Source: Leptospirales bacterium
GTDB lineage: Bacteria > Spirochaetota > Leptospiria > Turneriellales > JAOUFE01
DNA length: 64,000 nucleotides
Assembly (NCBI GenBank): GCA_040326155.1
Contig: JBEQLE010000011.1
Span: 8,077-72,076 of the forward strand
Reading direction: 5' to 3'
Each line of letters starts with the position of its first letter. Position 1 is the first letter of the stretch. The translations under genes were made by a program, and so were the position numbers. Shown one piece after another: positions 1-10,950 of this stretch. Below the pieces are notes generated by a model, which was not told where the DNA came from, searched no databases, and was given only the letters and a program-made list of their open reading frames with translations.

Positions 1-1
1 T

Positions 2-601
2 TACCACCGAATTCTTTCTTTTTGTACAATTTCTCTTTCGAATACCTATTTCGACATTGTCAGAGATCGTTTATACTGTGACGGTACACCCGAAAACCGC
101 GATAAAGATCACTCGAATAAACAAAAAAGAGAGTCTTCGCTTGCGACGTTGCAGGTTATACTCGACCGCCTGGTTGTCTGGATAGCCCCTGTGTTAAGTT
201 TTACTTCAGAAGAAATTTACCAGCTGCTTCACCCCGGTAATTCTGTGTTTGAAGTTGTCTGGCCCTCAGCCTCGCCATGGAAAAACCCCGAGCTTGGCGC
301 TCGTTTTGAACCGGTGTGGAAAGTCAAAGACGAGGTAAACGGTGTTCTGGAGCAATCCCGCACATCCGGTGAAATTCGCTCCTCGCTCGAAGCCAGAGTG
401 TCTATACCGAAAACAACTGCCGAAGCCTTGAAAATGACCAATGACGAACTTGCTTTTTACCTGGTGGTTTCAGAAGTCGAAACGGGAGCAGATACTATTT
501 CAGCTGTAAAGTCAAACCTTGAGAAATGCCCCAGATGCTGGGTATTCAAAAAACTTGAAAAAGATGGTCTATGCCCCCGGTGCTCCGAAGTTGTAAGTTG
601 A
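2..601 (+). CDS. ileS: Isoleucine--tRNA ligase, 3' part (runs off window start)
   Basis: Frame open from base 2 (YHRILSFC...YFDIVRDRLYCDG); anticodon-domain APVLSFTSEE; C-terminal zinc finger CPRC...CPRC. Confidence 0.93.
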   Translation, partial: YHRILSFCTISLSNTYFDIVRDRLYCDGTPENRDKDHSNKQKRESSLATLQVILDRLVVWIAPVLSFTSEEIYQLLHPGNSVFEVVWPSASPWKNPELGARFEPVWKVKDEVNGVLEQSRTSGEIRSSLEARVSIPKTTAEALKMTNDELAFYLVVSEVETGADTISAVKSNLEKCPRCWVFKKLEKDGLCPRCSEVVS

Positions 602-1240
602 TTACTTAGAAACCCACTTACTATCGTCCAGTTGTATATACTCCCCTTTAAGAGCGGCGTCGTGGTATATTTCTTTATAATGTTCTTTCAGCTGCTTTCG
701 GTCGGGCTGGTAGGACGGTTTTACCCTTTTTTGGTTTAAAATATAGCCTTCTATAATATAACTACGCGCAATATTAATTTGCTTTATCGTATTTTCTAGC
801 ATTCGGTGGGCTCTTTCTTGCACTCGATCTTCGGAATTTTTTTTATATTTTTCCCGAATTTCGTCGCTAAGTTCCACCTGCGAGACATTCAGAAGGTTTG
901 TCAATAAACCATCGTTATTTTCGCCAACGACCCGATCTCGCTTGAGTTCACTTAGCTCATCGCTGAAAGCATCCATAATGGAAAAGGCTCGGTACATATA
1001 CCGGTTTTCCTGTTCCACTTGCCGAAGTTCATCGGCGCTCTCACCTTCTTCAATATCCACTTCACTGGTGGTTTTCGCTGAAGAGATCATCCAGACATCT
1101 TCTTCGAGTTCACTCTCTTCGCCAATAATCTGCTTTTCAGTAGCAGTTTTTGAACCTGTAAATGTAATGGGCGGGATTACCACACTGCAATGGGTCGCAA
1201 AAAAAACTGTAAATATAAAAATAACCATGGTAATCTTCAT
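602..1240 (-). CDS. Putative lipoprotein, YdbL/DUF1318-like
   Basis: Hydrophobic signal ending ATHC; VGENNDGLL motif; C-terminal GEYIQ...W. Confidence 0.6.
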   Translation of the reverse strand: MKITMVIFIFTVFFATHCSVVIPPITFTGSKTATEKQIIGEESELEEDVWMISSAKTTSEVDIEEGESADELRQVEQENRYMYRAFSIMDAFSDELSELKRDRVVGENNDGLLTNLLNVSQVELSDEIREKYKKNSEDRVQERAHRMLENTIKQINIARSYIIEGYILNQKRVKPSYQPDRKQLKEHYKEIYHDAALKGEYIQLDDSKWVSK

Positions 1241-1398
1241 AAACTCTCCTCTTTCAAATCTGAAACAAACTCAAACGGCAAAAAAACAATTTGCCATTTG
1301 ATGTTAAAATGCTAATTAATGAACAAATTGACAATTATTATTCTTGCTTTCCGTATTGAATTTCGTTATATTGACCGATATTATTAAAAGAGGTAATT

Positions 1399-1869
1399 AT
1401 GGCAAAGAAAATTCAAACTTTCGAAGAATATGAAAAACAGACGATCAGTGCAGCCGAATTTTTTAACAAAAAAGAGTATAATAAAGCTCTTGAACAATTT
1501 TTGCTCCTGTCCGAATATAATTATGACAATTTCAAAGTTCATGAAACAATTTCCGTCATCTATTTAAAACTCGATCGGGTAGAAGAAGCCCAGAAAGAGT
1601 ATGATATCGTTATTGAACTGATGAAAAAGCAAAATATTAACCTTTCTGAAACCCGCTCTTTTGCTGAAATAATCAATGAATTTGAAGATATTGAAACACT
1701 TCAAGGTAAATATGAAGACCTGACAGCAAACGAAGAAAGCAAAGAGACAGAAAAGAAGAGTACCAGACTTCCCATTCAAATTGGTATGCAATTTATGGCT
1801 CAAGGTGAATATGAAAAAGCAATTGAATTTTTAAACGCCCATAAGGAAAAATATTTTGTTACTCCGTAA
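1399..1869 (+). CDS. TPR-repeat protein
   Basis: TPR-like helical repeats; RBS AGAGG upstream. Confidence 0.75.
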   Translation: MAKKIQTFEEYEKQTISAAEFFNKKEYNKALEQFLLLSEYNYDNFKVHETISVIYLKLDRVEEAQKEYDIVIELMKKQNINLSETRSFAEIINEFEDIETLQGKYEDLTANEESKETEKKSTRLPIQIGMQFMAQGEYEKAIEFLNAHKEKYFVTP

Positions 1870-1911
1870 TTATTTCATTAGATTGAAGTATATAAACTAC
1901 GGAATAACATT

Positions 1912-2229
1912 ATGCAGGGCAGATATTATAACATACAACGAGCTACGCAAGCCCAGATACAACACTTAAAATATGTAAAAGAACTATTATTACAAGGGTA
2001 TAAAGTTTTCGAAGTCGAGCAGGCAAAAGGCGATCTCATCCCTTATCACAGCCACTCCCATAAAGAAATTATTATAGTTACCTCCGGAAAATTACGAATG
2101 ATTGTTGAAGAAAACATAATAGACCTCGACGAGGGGGAAATTATAACTATTGAACCTTGGGCAATACACTTATCGTGTTATCCATTTGATGGCGGTTCAA
2201 GCTTTTACCTCTGCTTTCCACCTAAATAA
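1912..2229 (+). CDS. Cupin domain protein
   Basis: HSHSHKE...G and IEPWAIH cupin metal motifs. Confidence 0.85.
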   Translation: MQGRYYNIQRATQAQIQHLKYVKELLLQGYKVFEVEQAKGDLIPYHSHSHKEIIIVTSGKLRMIVEENIIDLDEGEIITIEPWAIHLSCYPFDGGSSFYLCFPPK

Positions 2230-2341
2230 AATACTTTCCCCATACTTGTAGGCGAGGTGGCAAAAACCACGTTTTTTGACACCGTAAAACTTTAAAATAA
2301 AATCGAACGGGAGAACATAAAAAAACCTCAAGGGAGTTCTT

Positions 2342-3904
2342 TTAAAATGAAAGTCCGGCAGCCAGGTCTATAGAAAATGCATTGTAATCACCGGTTTGCG
2401 ATGAAATTTCATAGCCTAAGCCTTCTTTTAAAATAATCTTACTGGCCAACATCTGTTTTAAATACACTTTAAATATCAGAGAGTTCGTATGATAAGATGG
2501 GAAAGGTGAACCCGAAGTGGCTTTAAGCCAATCGAAACCGAAAAATCCAAACCCGTTTCCATATGTTCGTGGCACTTTCTCATTCAACTCGAAAAAGTAA
2601 AAACGTTCTGTAATTGAGAAACCGAAAACGGTCGGTACTTTTTTAAACATCGGCTGAATTTTCCCAAATGTAATATCAATTGTTAAATCATAAATGCCGA
2701 AATAATGTCCATTCATCTTGTTTTTAGGTGGCATCAGATACTCAATAGCAAAAGCCTCTTGTACATCGAAAATTAGCGCCATTTCAAAGTGTCCCGGAAG
2801 AAACTTCCTATCCTCATTCGCCGGTACCGTTTTTCGAAATTCAATATTAAATTTGCTTAAATCATACTCAATGCTCACCGGTCCTGTTTTAGCATCGGTG
2901 AACAGGTATCTGGGGAATATACTTATACCAAAATAGTTATACTCGGTGCTGGTGCCAAACATTACTCCGAGCTTCACGTCATTCCGTTTCGGATAATCGA
3001 CATTTGTTATAAACTGCCCACGGCTTGGTACATTGTCCTCCGCGAAATTCGCCTGTGAAAAAAGGATACCAGCTCCGAAAAATCCCTTTTTCCCAAAGTA
3101 GATGAATTCCATTTTTTCTTCCACAGAAACAAAACTAGGAAACTCCATTACAGAGGGCGGAGACTGTATATTAAATCGAAGCTGAACCTCAGGGGAGAGC
3201 CAGAAGTTCCCATACAACCCCAGAGGAAAAAGTTCTGTGGAAGGCGGCCCATATTGACTAACCTTCATAGTTTTATACTTTTGCGCAAAAAGAGCTGTAG
3301 GTACTTTATTATAACGAAATTGTCCCGAAATACTAAATCCAACCTCTGACTTTGGACGTGTCGCTGGTGGGGCCTGTTGGCCTGGCTCTGTCGCCGAGTC
3401 CGTTTCGGTGCCTTTATTTTGCAGCTCTTCCATTCGACGCTGGGCGGCCATCCGATATGCATCCGGTAGCCACTCGCGAACCTCCGCATTATACGGATCT
3501 CGTTGCAATAACATCTCTCCATATATTATCGCTTCATCGAACTTCTCAGTTTCGTATAAAAGCCTTCCTATATTACCCATGGCGGGCAATAAATTAGGAT
3601 TCCTCTCCAAAGCCTTCTTATAATGAATTATTGCCTTTTTACGCTCACCGGAAAGCATATAAGTGTAGGCTATATTATTATAACTTGCAGCGGCTTTTGC
3701 ATCTTGAATAGAAATCGCTTTTTTAAACTGACGAATAGCGTCTTTGTACTCTCCGCGTTGCGCCGATTGAACACCTTCTTCGTTTAATACATCCGTATTC
3801 TCGTCCGCTGTTTCCGAATCGGTCTTTTCCTTACCACTTTGTCCATAAACAGATGATACCAATGGTATGATCATGAACGATATAAAAATAATAATTTTGC
3901 GCAT
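2342..3904 (-). CDS. Secreted TPR protein with C-terminal beta-rich (possibly outer-membrane) domain
   Basis: Signal peptide; N-terminal TPRs; alternating beta-strand pattern ending in Phe. Confidence 0.7.
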   Translation of the reverse strand: MRKIIIFISFMIIPLVSSVYGQSGKEKTDSETADENTDVLNEEGVQSAQRGEYKDAIRQFKKAISIQDAKAAASYNNIAYTYMLSGERKKAIIHYKKALERNPNLLPAMGNIGRLLYETEKFDEAIIYGEMLLQRDPYNAEVREWLPDAYRMAAQRRMEELQNKGTETDSATEPGQQAPPATRPKSEVGFSISGQFRYNKVPTALFAQKYKTMKVSQYGPPSTELFPLGLYGNFWLSPEVQLRFNIQSPPSVMEFPSFVSVEEKMEFIYFGKKGFFGAGILFSQANFAEDNVPSRGQFITNVDYPKRNDVKLGVMFGTSTEYNYFGISIFPRYLFTDAKTGPVSIEYDLSKFNIEFRKTVPANEDRKFLPGHFEMALIFDVQEAFAIEYLMPPKNKMNGHYFGIYDLTIDITFGKIQPMFKKVPTVFGFSITERFYFFELNEKVPRTYGNGFGFFGFDWLKATSGSPFPSYHTNSLIFKVYLKQMLASKIILKEGLGYEISSQTGDYNAFSIDLAAGLSF

Positions 3905-4350
3905 AACTAATAAATCACCCTTTTTAATTCACCTTAATGGTATTGTCGTCTACAGTAAATGAAAATTTAAAGGTTTTTTTACCTTCATAAGCCTATTTAA
4001 CAGTTTTATATGACGTTCTTGAAACGCTTTTTCTCATAAATATTTACTGTTTTTTATAAAAGAAAACATGGCAGAAGCCCACCAGTGTAATCATTTACGA
4101 TGGAGCGAACTCTAAATGAATTTGGTTATGTATTCTTCTCTGGAAATACTTCTTTTCATTTGAATACATCAAAGGTTAATGGTCAGTAATGAGTTCAATA
4201 CATTTTTTTCTTGTCTTAACTTCTGTAGTAGTTTTATTTCAGCAACAGGGTTCCAAACTCGGACTTAAATTCCAGTCTGTTGTAATATTGAATTGTTGTG
4301 AAGCTGTTTGAAAGAAATAAAAGATTAAAAGAAATATAAGGAATTTATAA

Positions 4351-5265
4351 ATGAAAGCAGTTGTATATACAAAATATGGACCACCAGAAGTTCTTACACT
4401 TACAAAAATAGATAAACCAATTCCAAAAGACAATGAAATATTGGTAAAAGTATTTGCCACAACAGTACATCGAGGCGACTCGCGAATGCGAAGTTTCGAC
4501 GTACCTAAAGCGATGTGGCTCGTAGCACGAATAGCTCTCGGAATTCGTAAACCCAAAAAACCGATCTTGGGGATGGAGCTGGCCGGGGAAATTGAAGCCA
4601 TCGGTAAAGATGTAACGAAGTTCAAAATAGGTGATCAGATATTTGCCTCCACTTTCGCAGTAGGGTTTGGAGCGTATGCAGAATATAAATGCCTACCCGA
4701 GAAAGGAATCATTTCATTAAAACCTTCTAATATCAATTATGAAGAAGCAGCAGCCGGGTTGGCAACGGGATGCACTATCGCTTTGAAATTTCTAAGAAAA
4801 GGAAAAGTTAGTAAAGGCCAAAAAGTTCTTATCTATGGCGCTTCCGGAAGTGTGGGAACATACGCAGTACAGTTTGCTAAACACTTTGAAGCTGAAGTGA
4901 CAGGCGTATGTAGCGATGCAAATCTCGAGATGGTGAAAGATTTGGGAGCTGATACGGTTATCGATTATTCTCACGAAGACTTCACAGAAAATGGGAAACT
5001 TTATGATATCATTTTTGACGCCGTAGGAAAAATATCTAAATCGAAATGTAAAAAGTCATTAGCACCGGAAGGCAAGTTCATGTCAGTTCATGATACTATT
5101 GGTGGTGAAAAAATTGAAGATTTGGCTTTTATAAAAGACCTTTTCGAGCGTGAAAAAATCAAAGCGGTTATCGATAAAACCTATCCATTAGAGCAGATTG
5201 TCGAGGCTCATAGATATGTTGATAAAGGGCATAAAAAAGGAAACGTGGTCATTACTTTGGTGTGA
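4351..5265 (+). CDS. MDR-family NAD(P)-dependent oxidoreductase (quinone-reductase-like)
   Basis: YGPPEVL start; GASGSVG nucleotide-binding motif; GHKKGNVVI end. Confidence 0.92.
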   Translation: MKAVVYTKYGPPEVLTLTKIDKPIPKDNEILVKVFATTVHRGDSRMRSFDVPKAMWLVARIALGIRKPKKPILGMELAGEIEAIGKDVTKFKIGDQIFASTFAVGFGAYAEYKCLPEKGIISLKPSNINYEEAAAGLATGCTIALKFLRKGKVSKGQKVLIYGASGSVGTYAVQFAKHFEAEVTGVCSDANLEMVKDLGADTVIDYSHEDFTENGKLYDIIFDAVGKISKSKCKKSLAPEGKFMSVHDTIGGEKIEDLAFIKDLFEREKIKAVIDKTYPLEQIVEAHRYVDKGHKKGNVVITLV

Positions 5266-5417
5266 ACCAAGCTATGTTCAGATGAATTTTAAATAGATTT
5301 TCAAATAGAATTTTGAAAGCATGACAAAGCAACAAAAAGCAAACAGAATATTAAGGTTTGACTTCCTGAAGTTTATCGAAACATTGCAAGAAATTAATTA
5401 TTAAAGAGGAGACAATA

Positions 5418-5783
5418 ATGGCATTAGCAGCAGGCATTTTACTGATACTAATTGGTATCGCTCATAATATCTATGGAGAAAAACAACAAATTCCAGCTTT
5501 GAAAAAGTATACTAACGATTCAATAATAGTTGGCTCTCAAAGAATAATGACATACCAAGGCGGCTTCTTGGTGTTGGCTGTCGGAATTGTTCAGGTCTTA
5601 CTATCATTTCAAGTAATAGAATTAACCGGGGTGGCACGGTATTTCCCAATAGGAATTGTCTTATTAAACTTCTTTACAATTCTATTTATTGCACTCGTTG
5701 CTCATAGAGAAATTTTTAAGATTACAGCTCCACAGTTTGTCATTTTTATAGTGATTATAACTCTACAGTCTCTTTCTCTTTGA
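5418..5783 (+). CDS. Small 4-TM membrane protein
   Basis: Four hydrophobic segments; strong RBS GAGGAG. Confidence 0.75.
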   Translation: MALAAGILLILIGIAHNIYGEKQQIPALKKYTNDSIIVGSQRIMTYQGGFLVLAVGIVQVLLSFQVIELTGVARYFPIGIVLLNFFTILFIALVAHREIFKITAPQFVIFIVIITLQSLSL

Positions 5784-5803
5784 TCTTAGTTATTCCTTAT
5801 TAC

Positions 5804-7273
5804 ATGAAAAAAGTTTTAATCATTATACTAGGAATCGTTGGTACGCTATTAATAACGATCATTGTCAACACCTTGCGGTTCAGTTCCAAACAGATAGATG
5901 TAGAATTTGTCGAAGGAATAAAGATAGATAACACCAAAGCTGCCAAAAGACTCTCTTTGGCGGTAAAGCTACAGACGATTTCGTATCAGAAGTCAGAAGA
6001 TTTTGTGGCCAAGCCGTTTGTCCAGATGATCGATCTGATTTCAGACAGCTTTCCTAAAGTTGAAGCGAACTTAGAAAAAAAAGTGATTAATAGATATTCG
6101 CTACTCTACAAATGGAGCGGAAAAAATCCGAAGCTAAAACCGGTCACTTTTCTTGCCCATTTAGATGTAGTTCCTGCAGAACCTGGAACGGAAAAGCAAT
6201 GGACGTACCCTGTTTTTTCGGGGGCTATCGCCGATGGCTTTATCTGGGGAAGAGGTACACTCGATGATAAATCCTCTGCTTTTGCTGTGCTAGAGGCTGT
6301 GGAACAATTACTCAAGCAAGGCTTTGTTCCGAATAGAACGATTTACCTGGCTTTCGGACATGACGAAGAAGTTGGCGGTCATGAGGGAGCTGTAAAGATT
6401 GCCGAATATTTCAAAAAGCAAGGCGTGACCTCTTTATTCACATTGGATGAGGGCATGGTCATTATGAATGAAAAGTTGTCCGCAGCCAAAAAGACAACAG
6501 GCATTATAGGCATTGCCGAAAAGGGCTACACAACGCTAAAGCTAACTGCCAAGGGCGCAGGTGGTCATTCATCCTTACCTTCGAATACAAGCTCAGTGGG
6601 AATTTTAGCCAGAGCAATTACTGCGATTGAGGAAAATCAGATGCCTTCGAGTCTGTCTGGGCCAAGCAAAAAGATGTTCGACTATCTCGGGCCCGAGATG
6701 GGATTTTTTGAAAAGATGCTGTTTGCCAATCAATGGCTTTTTAGAGGAGTTATCATCTCCATTTTAGAAGAGAAAGCTTCGACAGCCGCCATGATTCGCA
6801 CCACCACAGCTGTAACAATGATCAATGCAGGAGTACAAGAGAATGTCTTAGCGTCGCATGCTACGGCGGTGGTCAATTTTAGAATTCTGCCTGGAGACAG
6901 TTCCAAAGACGTGCTAGACCATGTCGAAAAAGTGGTGGCAAACCCGGCGGTGCATGTCGAATTCTTAAAAAAAGGACCGCAATTCGAACCGTCAAAGGTT
7001 TCGTCCACCGATACGCCAGAGTTCGAGGCTATTGGAAAATCAATCAGCCAAATTTTTAAAGGGGCTATCGTCTCACCCGGATTATCGCTCGTGATGACAG
7101 ATTCCAAACATTATGCGGATGTTTCAGAAAACAGCTATCGTTTTGCGCCGCATACTTTTGGACCAGAAGATTTAGGTCGAATTCACGGAGTCGATGAGCG
7201 CATCGGTGTTGACGATTATGCCCTTATGATTAAGTTCTACGCCCAACTCATTTTAAATTTAAACCAAATCTGA
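5804..7273 (+). CDS. M20 family peptidase (carboxypeptidase S/PM20D1-like)
   Basis: AHLDVVP, GRGTLDDK, HDEEVGG, IHGVDE motifs; N-terminal anchor; ATG 5804 preferred over TTG 5780. Confidence 0.92.
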   Translation: MKKVLIIILGIVGTLLITIIVNTLRFSSKQIDVEFVEGIKIDNTKAAKRLSLAVKLQTISYQKSEDFVAKPFVQMIDLISDSFPKVEANLEKKVINRYSLLYKWSGKNPKLKPVTFLAHLDVVPAEPGTEKQWTYPVFSGAIADGFIWGRGTLDDKSSAFAVLEAVEQLLKQGFVPNRTIYLAFGHDEEVGGHEGAVKIAEYFKKQGVTSLFTLDEGMVIMNEKLSAAKKTTGIIGIAEKGYTTLKLTAKGAGGHSSLPSNTSSVGILARAITAIEENQMPSSLSGPSKKMFDYLGPEMGFFEKMLFANQWLFRGVIISILEEKASTAAMIRTTTAVTMINAGVQENVLASHATAVVNFRILPGDSSKDVLDHVEKVVANPAVHVEFLKKGPQFEPSKVSSTDTPEFEAIGKSISQIFKGAIVSPGLSLVMTDSKHYADVSENSYRFAPHTFGPEDLGRIHGVDERIGVDDYALMIKFYAQLILNLNQI

Positions 7274-7284
7274 ATAATTAGCTA

Positions 7285-7457
7285 GTCGGGGCGCGCCCCG
7301 ACCTGGCTGCGGGGTTGAAACCCGGCCACTAATCTGTCACAGGTGCGTCACAATTTGTCTTTAATCAATTGTACACGTCTGCGTAAAAACGTCGGGGTAG
7401 TGGAAACCCGGGCGGGGCTTGCCCCGCTTGGGTTGAAGCGAGGGGCAGACTTGCCCC
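7285..7457. repeat. Cluster of GC-rich palindromes (REP-like/bidirectional terminator) between convergent genes
   Basis: GTCGGGGCGCGCCCCGAC, GCGGGGCTTGCCCCGC, GGGGCAGACTTGCCCC. Confidence 0.65.
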
Positions 7458-7487
7458 TGCCAAATCTAACCTTTCCTGGCTAAAGAC

Positions 7488-8270
7488 CTAAGACTTCATC
7501 ACAGGTAAAACGACAAAGGTCAGAACGCTTACGAAGTTCGCGGCCCAATGTACGATGATCAGCGGTAACAGACGTCGGATGCGAAAATACATTATTGATA
7601 TTGCGAATCCAATCAGAAGAGTTGCTCCAAACCGATAGACAGCCCAATGCCAATCCCACATAAGTGGAAGAGCACTATGTTGTAAAGCCCAGCCAAAAGT
7701 CACAATTATGACGGCAAGCCATGCTTTTCCTGAGAGGATCTCAAGCCGCGGTAAAGCATAGCCTACATACGTCATCTGTTCGGCTATAGCCCAGAAGATG
7801 GGCCAGATTAACAGGCTGTACAGACCCCCCCATAGCGGTAAAGGCACCACGATTGCCGGGGCCGGGGTTGAACCGTAAACCAATAACCCCGTTATGATAC
7901 TCCCGATTACTCCCAGAATCGTAAGTAAAACGAGAAAACCAACACCGAGAAGCAAGTCCCGTCGAAGTTTTTGGCGCTGGAAACTGACCAGATCAAAAAG
8001 ACGAATGCCTTCTTTGCGCGCCAGTCTCACCAGCAAGACTAAACAGCCGATATCCAACAAAGTGCCATACACTGGCCACCAAGGGGCGGCAGCTTCCCAG
8101 GGGGTTGCGTGGCCTTGTAACATGAAAATTCCGGCAACGAGTGCTTGTGCCAGAACGGCGAAAATGAGGCGGGCAAATACTAATATTAGCGGCCATTTCC
8201 ATGTGATGGTCCCTGCCTGTATGCGTTCTTCGAGTTTCACTTTAGAATTAGGTAGCGTTATTATATCCAT
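7488..8270 (-). CDS. CPBP (CAAX/Abi) family intramembrane protease-like protein
   Basis: Multi-TM; AEQMTYVGY (EE motif variant), WALQH, IIVHW. Confidence 0.8.
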   Translation of the reverse strand: MDIITLPNSKVKLEERIQAGTITWKWPLILVFARLIFAVLAQALVAGIFMLQGHATPWEAAAPWWPVYGTLLDIGCLVLLVRLARKEGIRLFDLVSFQRQKLRRDLLLGVGFLVLLTILGVIGSIITGLLVYGSTPAPAIVVPLPLWGGLYSLLIWPIFWAIAEQMTYVGYALPRLEILSGKAWLAVIIVTFGWALQHSALPLMWDWHWAVYRFGATLLIGFAISIMYFRIRRLLPLIIVHWAANFVSVLTFVVLPVMKS

Positions 8271-8296
8271 GTTGTATCCTTTGGTTACATTTTTTT

Positions 8297-9390
8297 TCAA
8301 TTCATATCAATTACAATTCTGCCAGTTGCTTTATGTGCCGCAAGATGTTGAAGGCTATCTTTTAATTCTGTAAACTTTAATGGTATTACTCTGTCAAACG
8401 GAACCTTAATGTCGTGTTGAATTACAAAGTCTAACATTTCATTAATTACTGTTGAAGGAGTCTTCTCTGAAAATTGGTATGCGGGGCCATTTATTTTTGA
8501 TAAAAGCGAACGGTGAATGATGTGCCAAAATATGCCCATTACTTTTCCCCAACTCAGTTTATTTGACCCAATATATTGCACGGGGCCACATACAGTTAAG
8601 AATTTACCTTTTTTATGCAGTACTTTTATTGATTCATGCTCCAACTCCCGCCCGCCAACAGAGTCGAATACAATGTCCATTTTTTTTTCTCTGCGACTAA
8701 TTTATCGCTGAATTTTTCTTTTTGGTAATCAATAATAAAATCAGATCCGTTAGACCTTACAGCATCGATATTTCTCGTGCTACACAATCCTGTTACAACG
8801 GCTCCTTTCGCTTTTAACATTTGAACAACTACACTACCAATACCACCTGAAGCTCCAAGGACTAAACATTGATCGCCTTTTTTGACTTTTGAATATAAGA
8901 TCATTCCATATGCGACACAACCGGCAATAATCATGGCGACAGCTTCTTTATGAGATAATTCTTCTGGCTTTAATCGTATGTGTTTTTTATCTAAACATCT
9001 ATAAGTTGCCCATGAACCATGTTCACCAGTTGTGCTTGGGATACCAATAACTTCATCACCAATTTTGAACTCAGTAACCTGTTCACCTTTATCAATAATA
9101 ACTCCTGAAAAATTGGAACCCATAACATATGGCTTTTCCTTCGAGACCTCTTTGGGCCCATAAAATCTTCCAAGTGCTGTACCCTGGGCTAATGCAATGT
9201 CATCGACATGAAGTGTAGATGATATTATTTTTACCACCACATCATTCTCATTCTTTATAGGAATTGGTATGGTAAGCTCTTGCATTTCATTGGGAACATT
9301 ACCAACGACCGGCTTTTGAGTTAATCCAAATGCTTTCATTGTTTTGGATTGATTATATTCAATGATGAGTTTATCGATTGTCTTTTTCAT
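8297..9390 (-). pseudogene. MDR-family NAD(P)-dependent oxidoreductase split by a frameshift in an A9 tract (ORFs 8626-9390 and 8297-8680)
   Basis: N-part has GASGGIG; C-part begins DIVFDSVGG and ends ATGRIVI; frames switch at T9 8680-8688. Confidence 0.85.
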
Positions 9391-9439
9391 TTTTTGCTAT
9401 TTCCCTCTTTGTTTATATTGTTAGCTGGTATGTTTTCGT

Positions 9440-10177
9440 TTACCGCATATTCTGTTTTGCAAATGTTTTTAATAGAAGCAAGTTTACTAACACTAGATAA
9501 ATAAATCCAATGCTAAAAATTGCGATCGGTTGATTCACCCAATGAACAGATGAAGCGGTGGTTACGTCAGAACCTAACATGGCATTGAATTGATAAATCC
9601 AGTACGTTGGAATAATCGAAAAAAGTTTAGACCAATCACTCTCTATAAAGAAAGAAGCCACGGGTGAAAAGGCTATCAGGTTTAAACCTTTGAACCAGGT
9701 CAAGCCTTCTACTTTGTTGGTGGCAATGCTGGTTATGCTTAAGGCAAACAAAGGAACCATCATAGTGTTTAGAGTGGCGCTTGCTAAAATTTGCAATATA
9801 GTGAAATGTAAATCGGCTAGCCATAGCATGACCGTCGATATAACCAAAGTGTAGATCATGGGTAGGCCAATGCGAAAAATTAGATATTTCTCTGGTTGCA
9901 ATGGTGTCACGAAAAGAGCCTGCATATTTCTGGCATCTTTTTCTTCGAGAATAATAAACGTTGTCACAGCCCCAGCCAAAAGACCAGATTGCATCACCAG
10001 AAAAGTAACCACCTGCGGCCGCCATGGTGTGAGCCAGTCAAATGTTTGTATGCCAAACGGCAATGCCCAGAAAATAGTCACTGCAAAAAGTAAGGGCACG
10101 ATCGTAACAAATGCTGTTAGCATCGGGTCTCTAAAAATATTTTTAGTGTCAATAGTAATGTAATTTGTAATGTTCAT
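9440..10177 (-). CDS. ABC exporter permease (fluoroquinolone-exporter-like)
   Basis: FRDP..., LEEKD...ALFVTPL, NKVEGL motifs; ATG 10177 preferred. Confidence 0.85.
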   Translation of the reverse strand: MNITNYITIDTKNIFRDPMLTAFVTIVPLLFAVTIFWALPFGIQTFDWLTPWRPQVVTFLVMQSGLLAGAVTTFIILEEKDARNMQALFVTPLQPEKYLIFRIGLPMIYTLVISTVMLWLADLHFTILQILASATLNTMMVPLFALSITSIATNKVEGLTWFKGLNLIAFSPVASFFIESDWSKLFSIIPTYWIYQFNAMLGSDVTTASSVHWVNQPIAIFSIGFIYLVLVNLLLLKTFAKQNMR

Positions 10178-10197
10178 AATGTAAATGTAAGAGCTTG

Positions 10198-10233
10198 AGG
10201 GCACCTCTAAAAACTCCGTTTTTACGGCGCCCT
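10198..10233. repeat. Imperfect palindrome inside ABC operon
   Basis: AGGGCACCTCTAAAAAC-TCC-GTTTTTACGGCGCCCT. Confidence 0.6.
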
Positions 10234-10245
10234 TGAGTGAAACTC

Positions 10246-10950
10246 TTATACTTCCCCTTTTTCGTATTTTTTAACAGCGTAAATTTGTATAACTACAATC
10301 AATATAATCTGATAGGCAAAAGCGTATATCAAGTCGAGTGTCGAAGCTGACTCAAACGATGCTTGAAATAAGATCAAAACTGCCTTGGTCGGTATCAGGT
10401 AAAACAAAGGGTTGGTGTATACATCACCAAGTTCCAAGAGGGGAATAAAAAAGGGAATCAAGTAAACCACCGCCCTCATGAGAAACCCGTTAAAACTAGA
10501 AACGCCGATTAGACTAATGATTCCGATGTAGTAAAACAAAATCGAAGATAAAATTACAGCCAAAGAGAAAATCAAAAAATTAAAATCAAACGACTTTCCT
10601 GCAATGGCAATGGCAAAGCTGCAAATTAGAGCAAGCACTGTGAGGGCAAGTGCCCTCGCGCCGAGTTTTATGGCGTGGTTTACAGAAGTCACACTTATTG
10701 CCTGCATGGTGTTTTGATTTTTGTCGTATAGCACCAGAACACCGGTGAACATAAAACCCATCATAACGGGGTCAGAGATCACGAATAAAATAATCAAATC
10801 ATCGTAATGTAAATCGAGTGCAAAAAACAGGGCGGCATAAACCCCGGCAATAAAAAAGCTCATAGCCACCACTTGATAACGAGCTAGAAGCAGAAACTCC
10901 CATTGGGTGGCCCTTATCAAGGATAATATAAAGTTCATCGAGTATTTCAT
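10246..10950 (-). CDS. ABC exporter permease
   Basis: Multi-TM; SDPVMMGFMFTG motif; overlaps ATPase stop. Confidence 0.85.
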   Translation of the reverse strand: MKYSMNFILSLIRATQWEFLLLARYQVVAMSFFIAGVYAALFFALDLHYDDLIILFVISDPVMMGFMFTGVLVLYDKNQNTMQAISVTSVNHAIKLGARALALTVLALICSFAIAIAGKSFDFNFLIFSLAVILSSILFYYIGIISLIGVSSFNGFLMRAVVYLIPFFIPLLELGDVYTNPLFYLIPTKAVLILFQASFESASTLDLIYAFAYQIILIVVIQIYAVKKYEKGEV

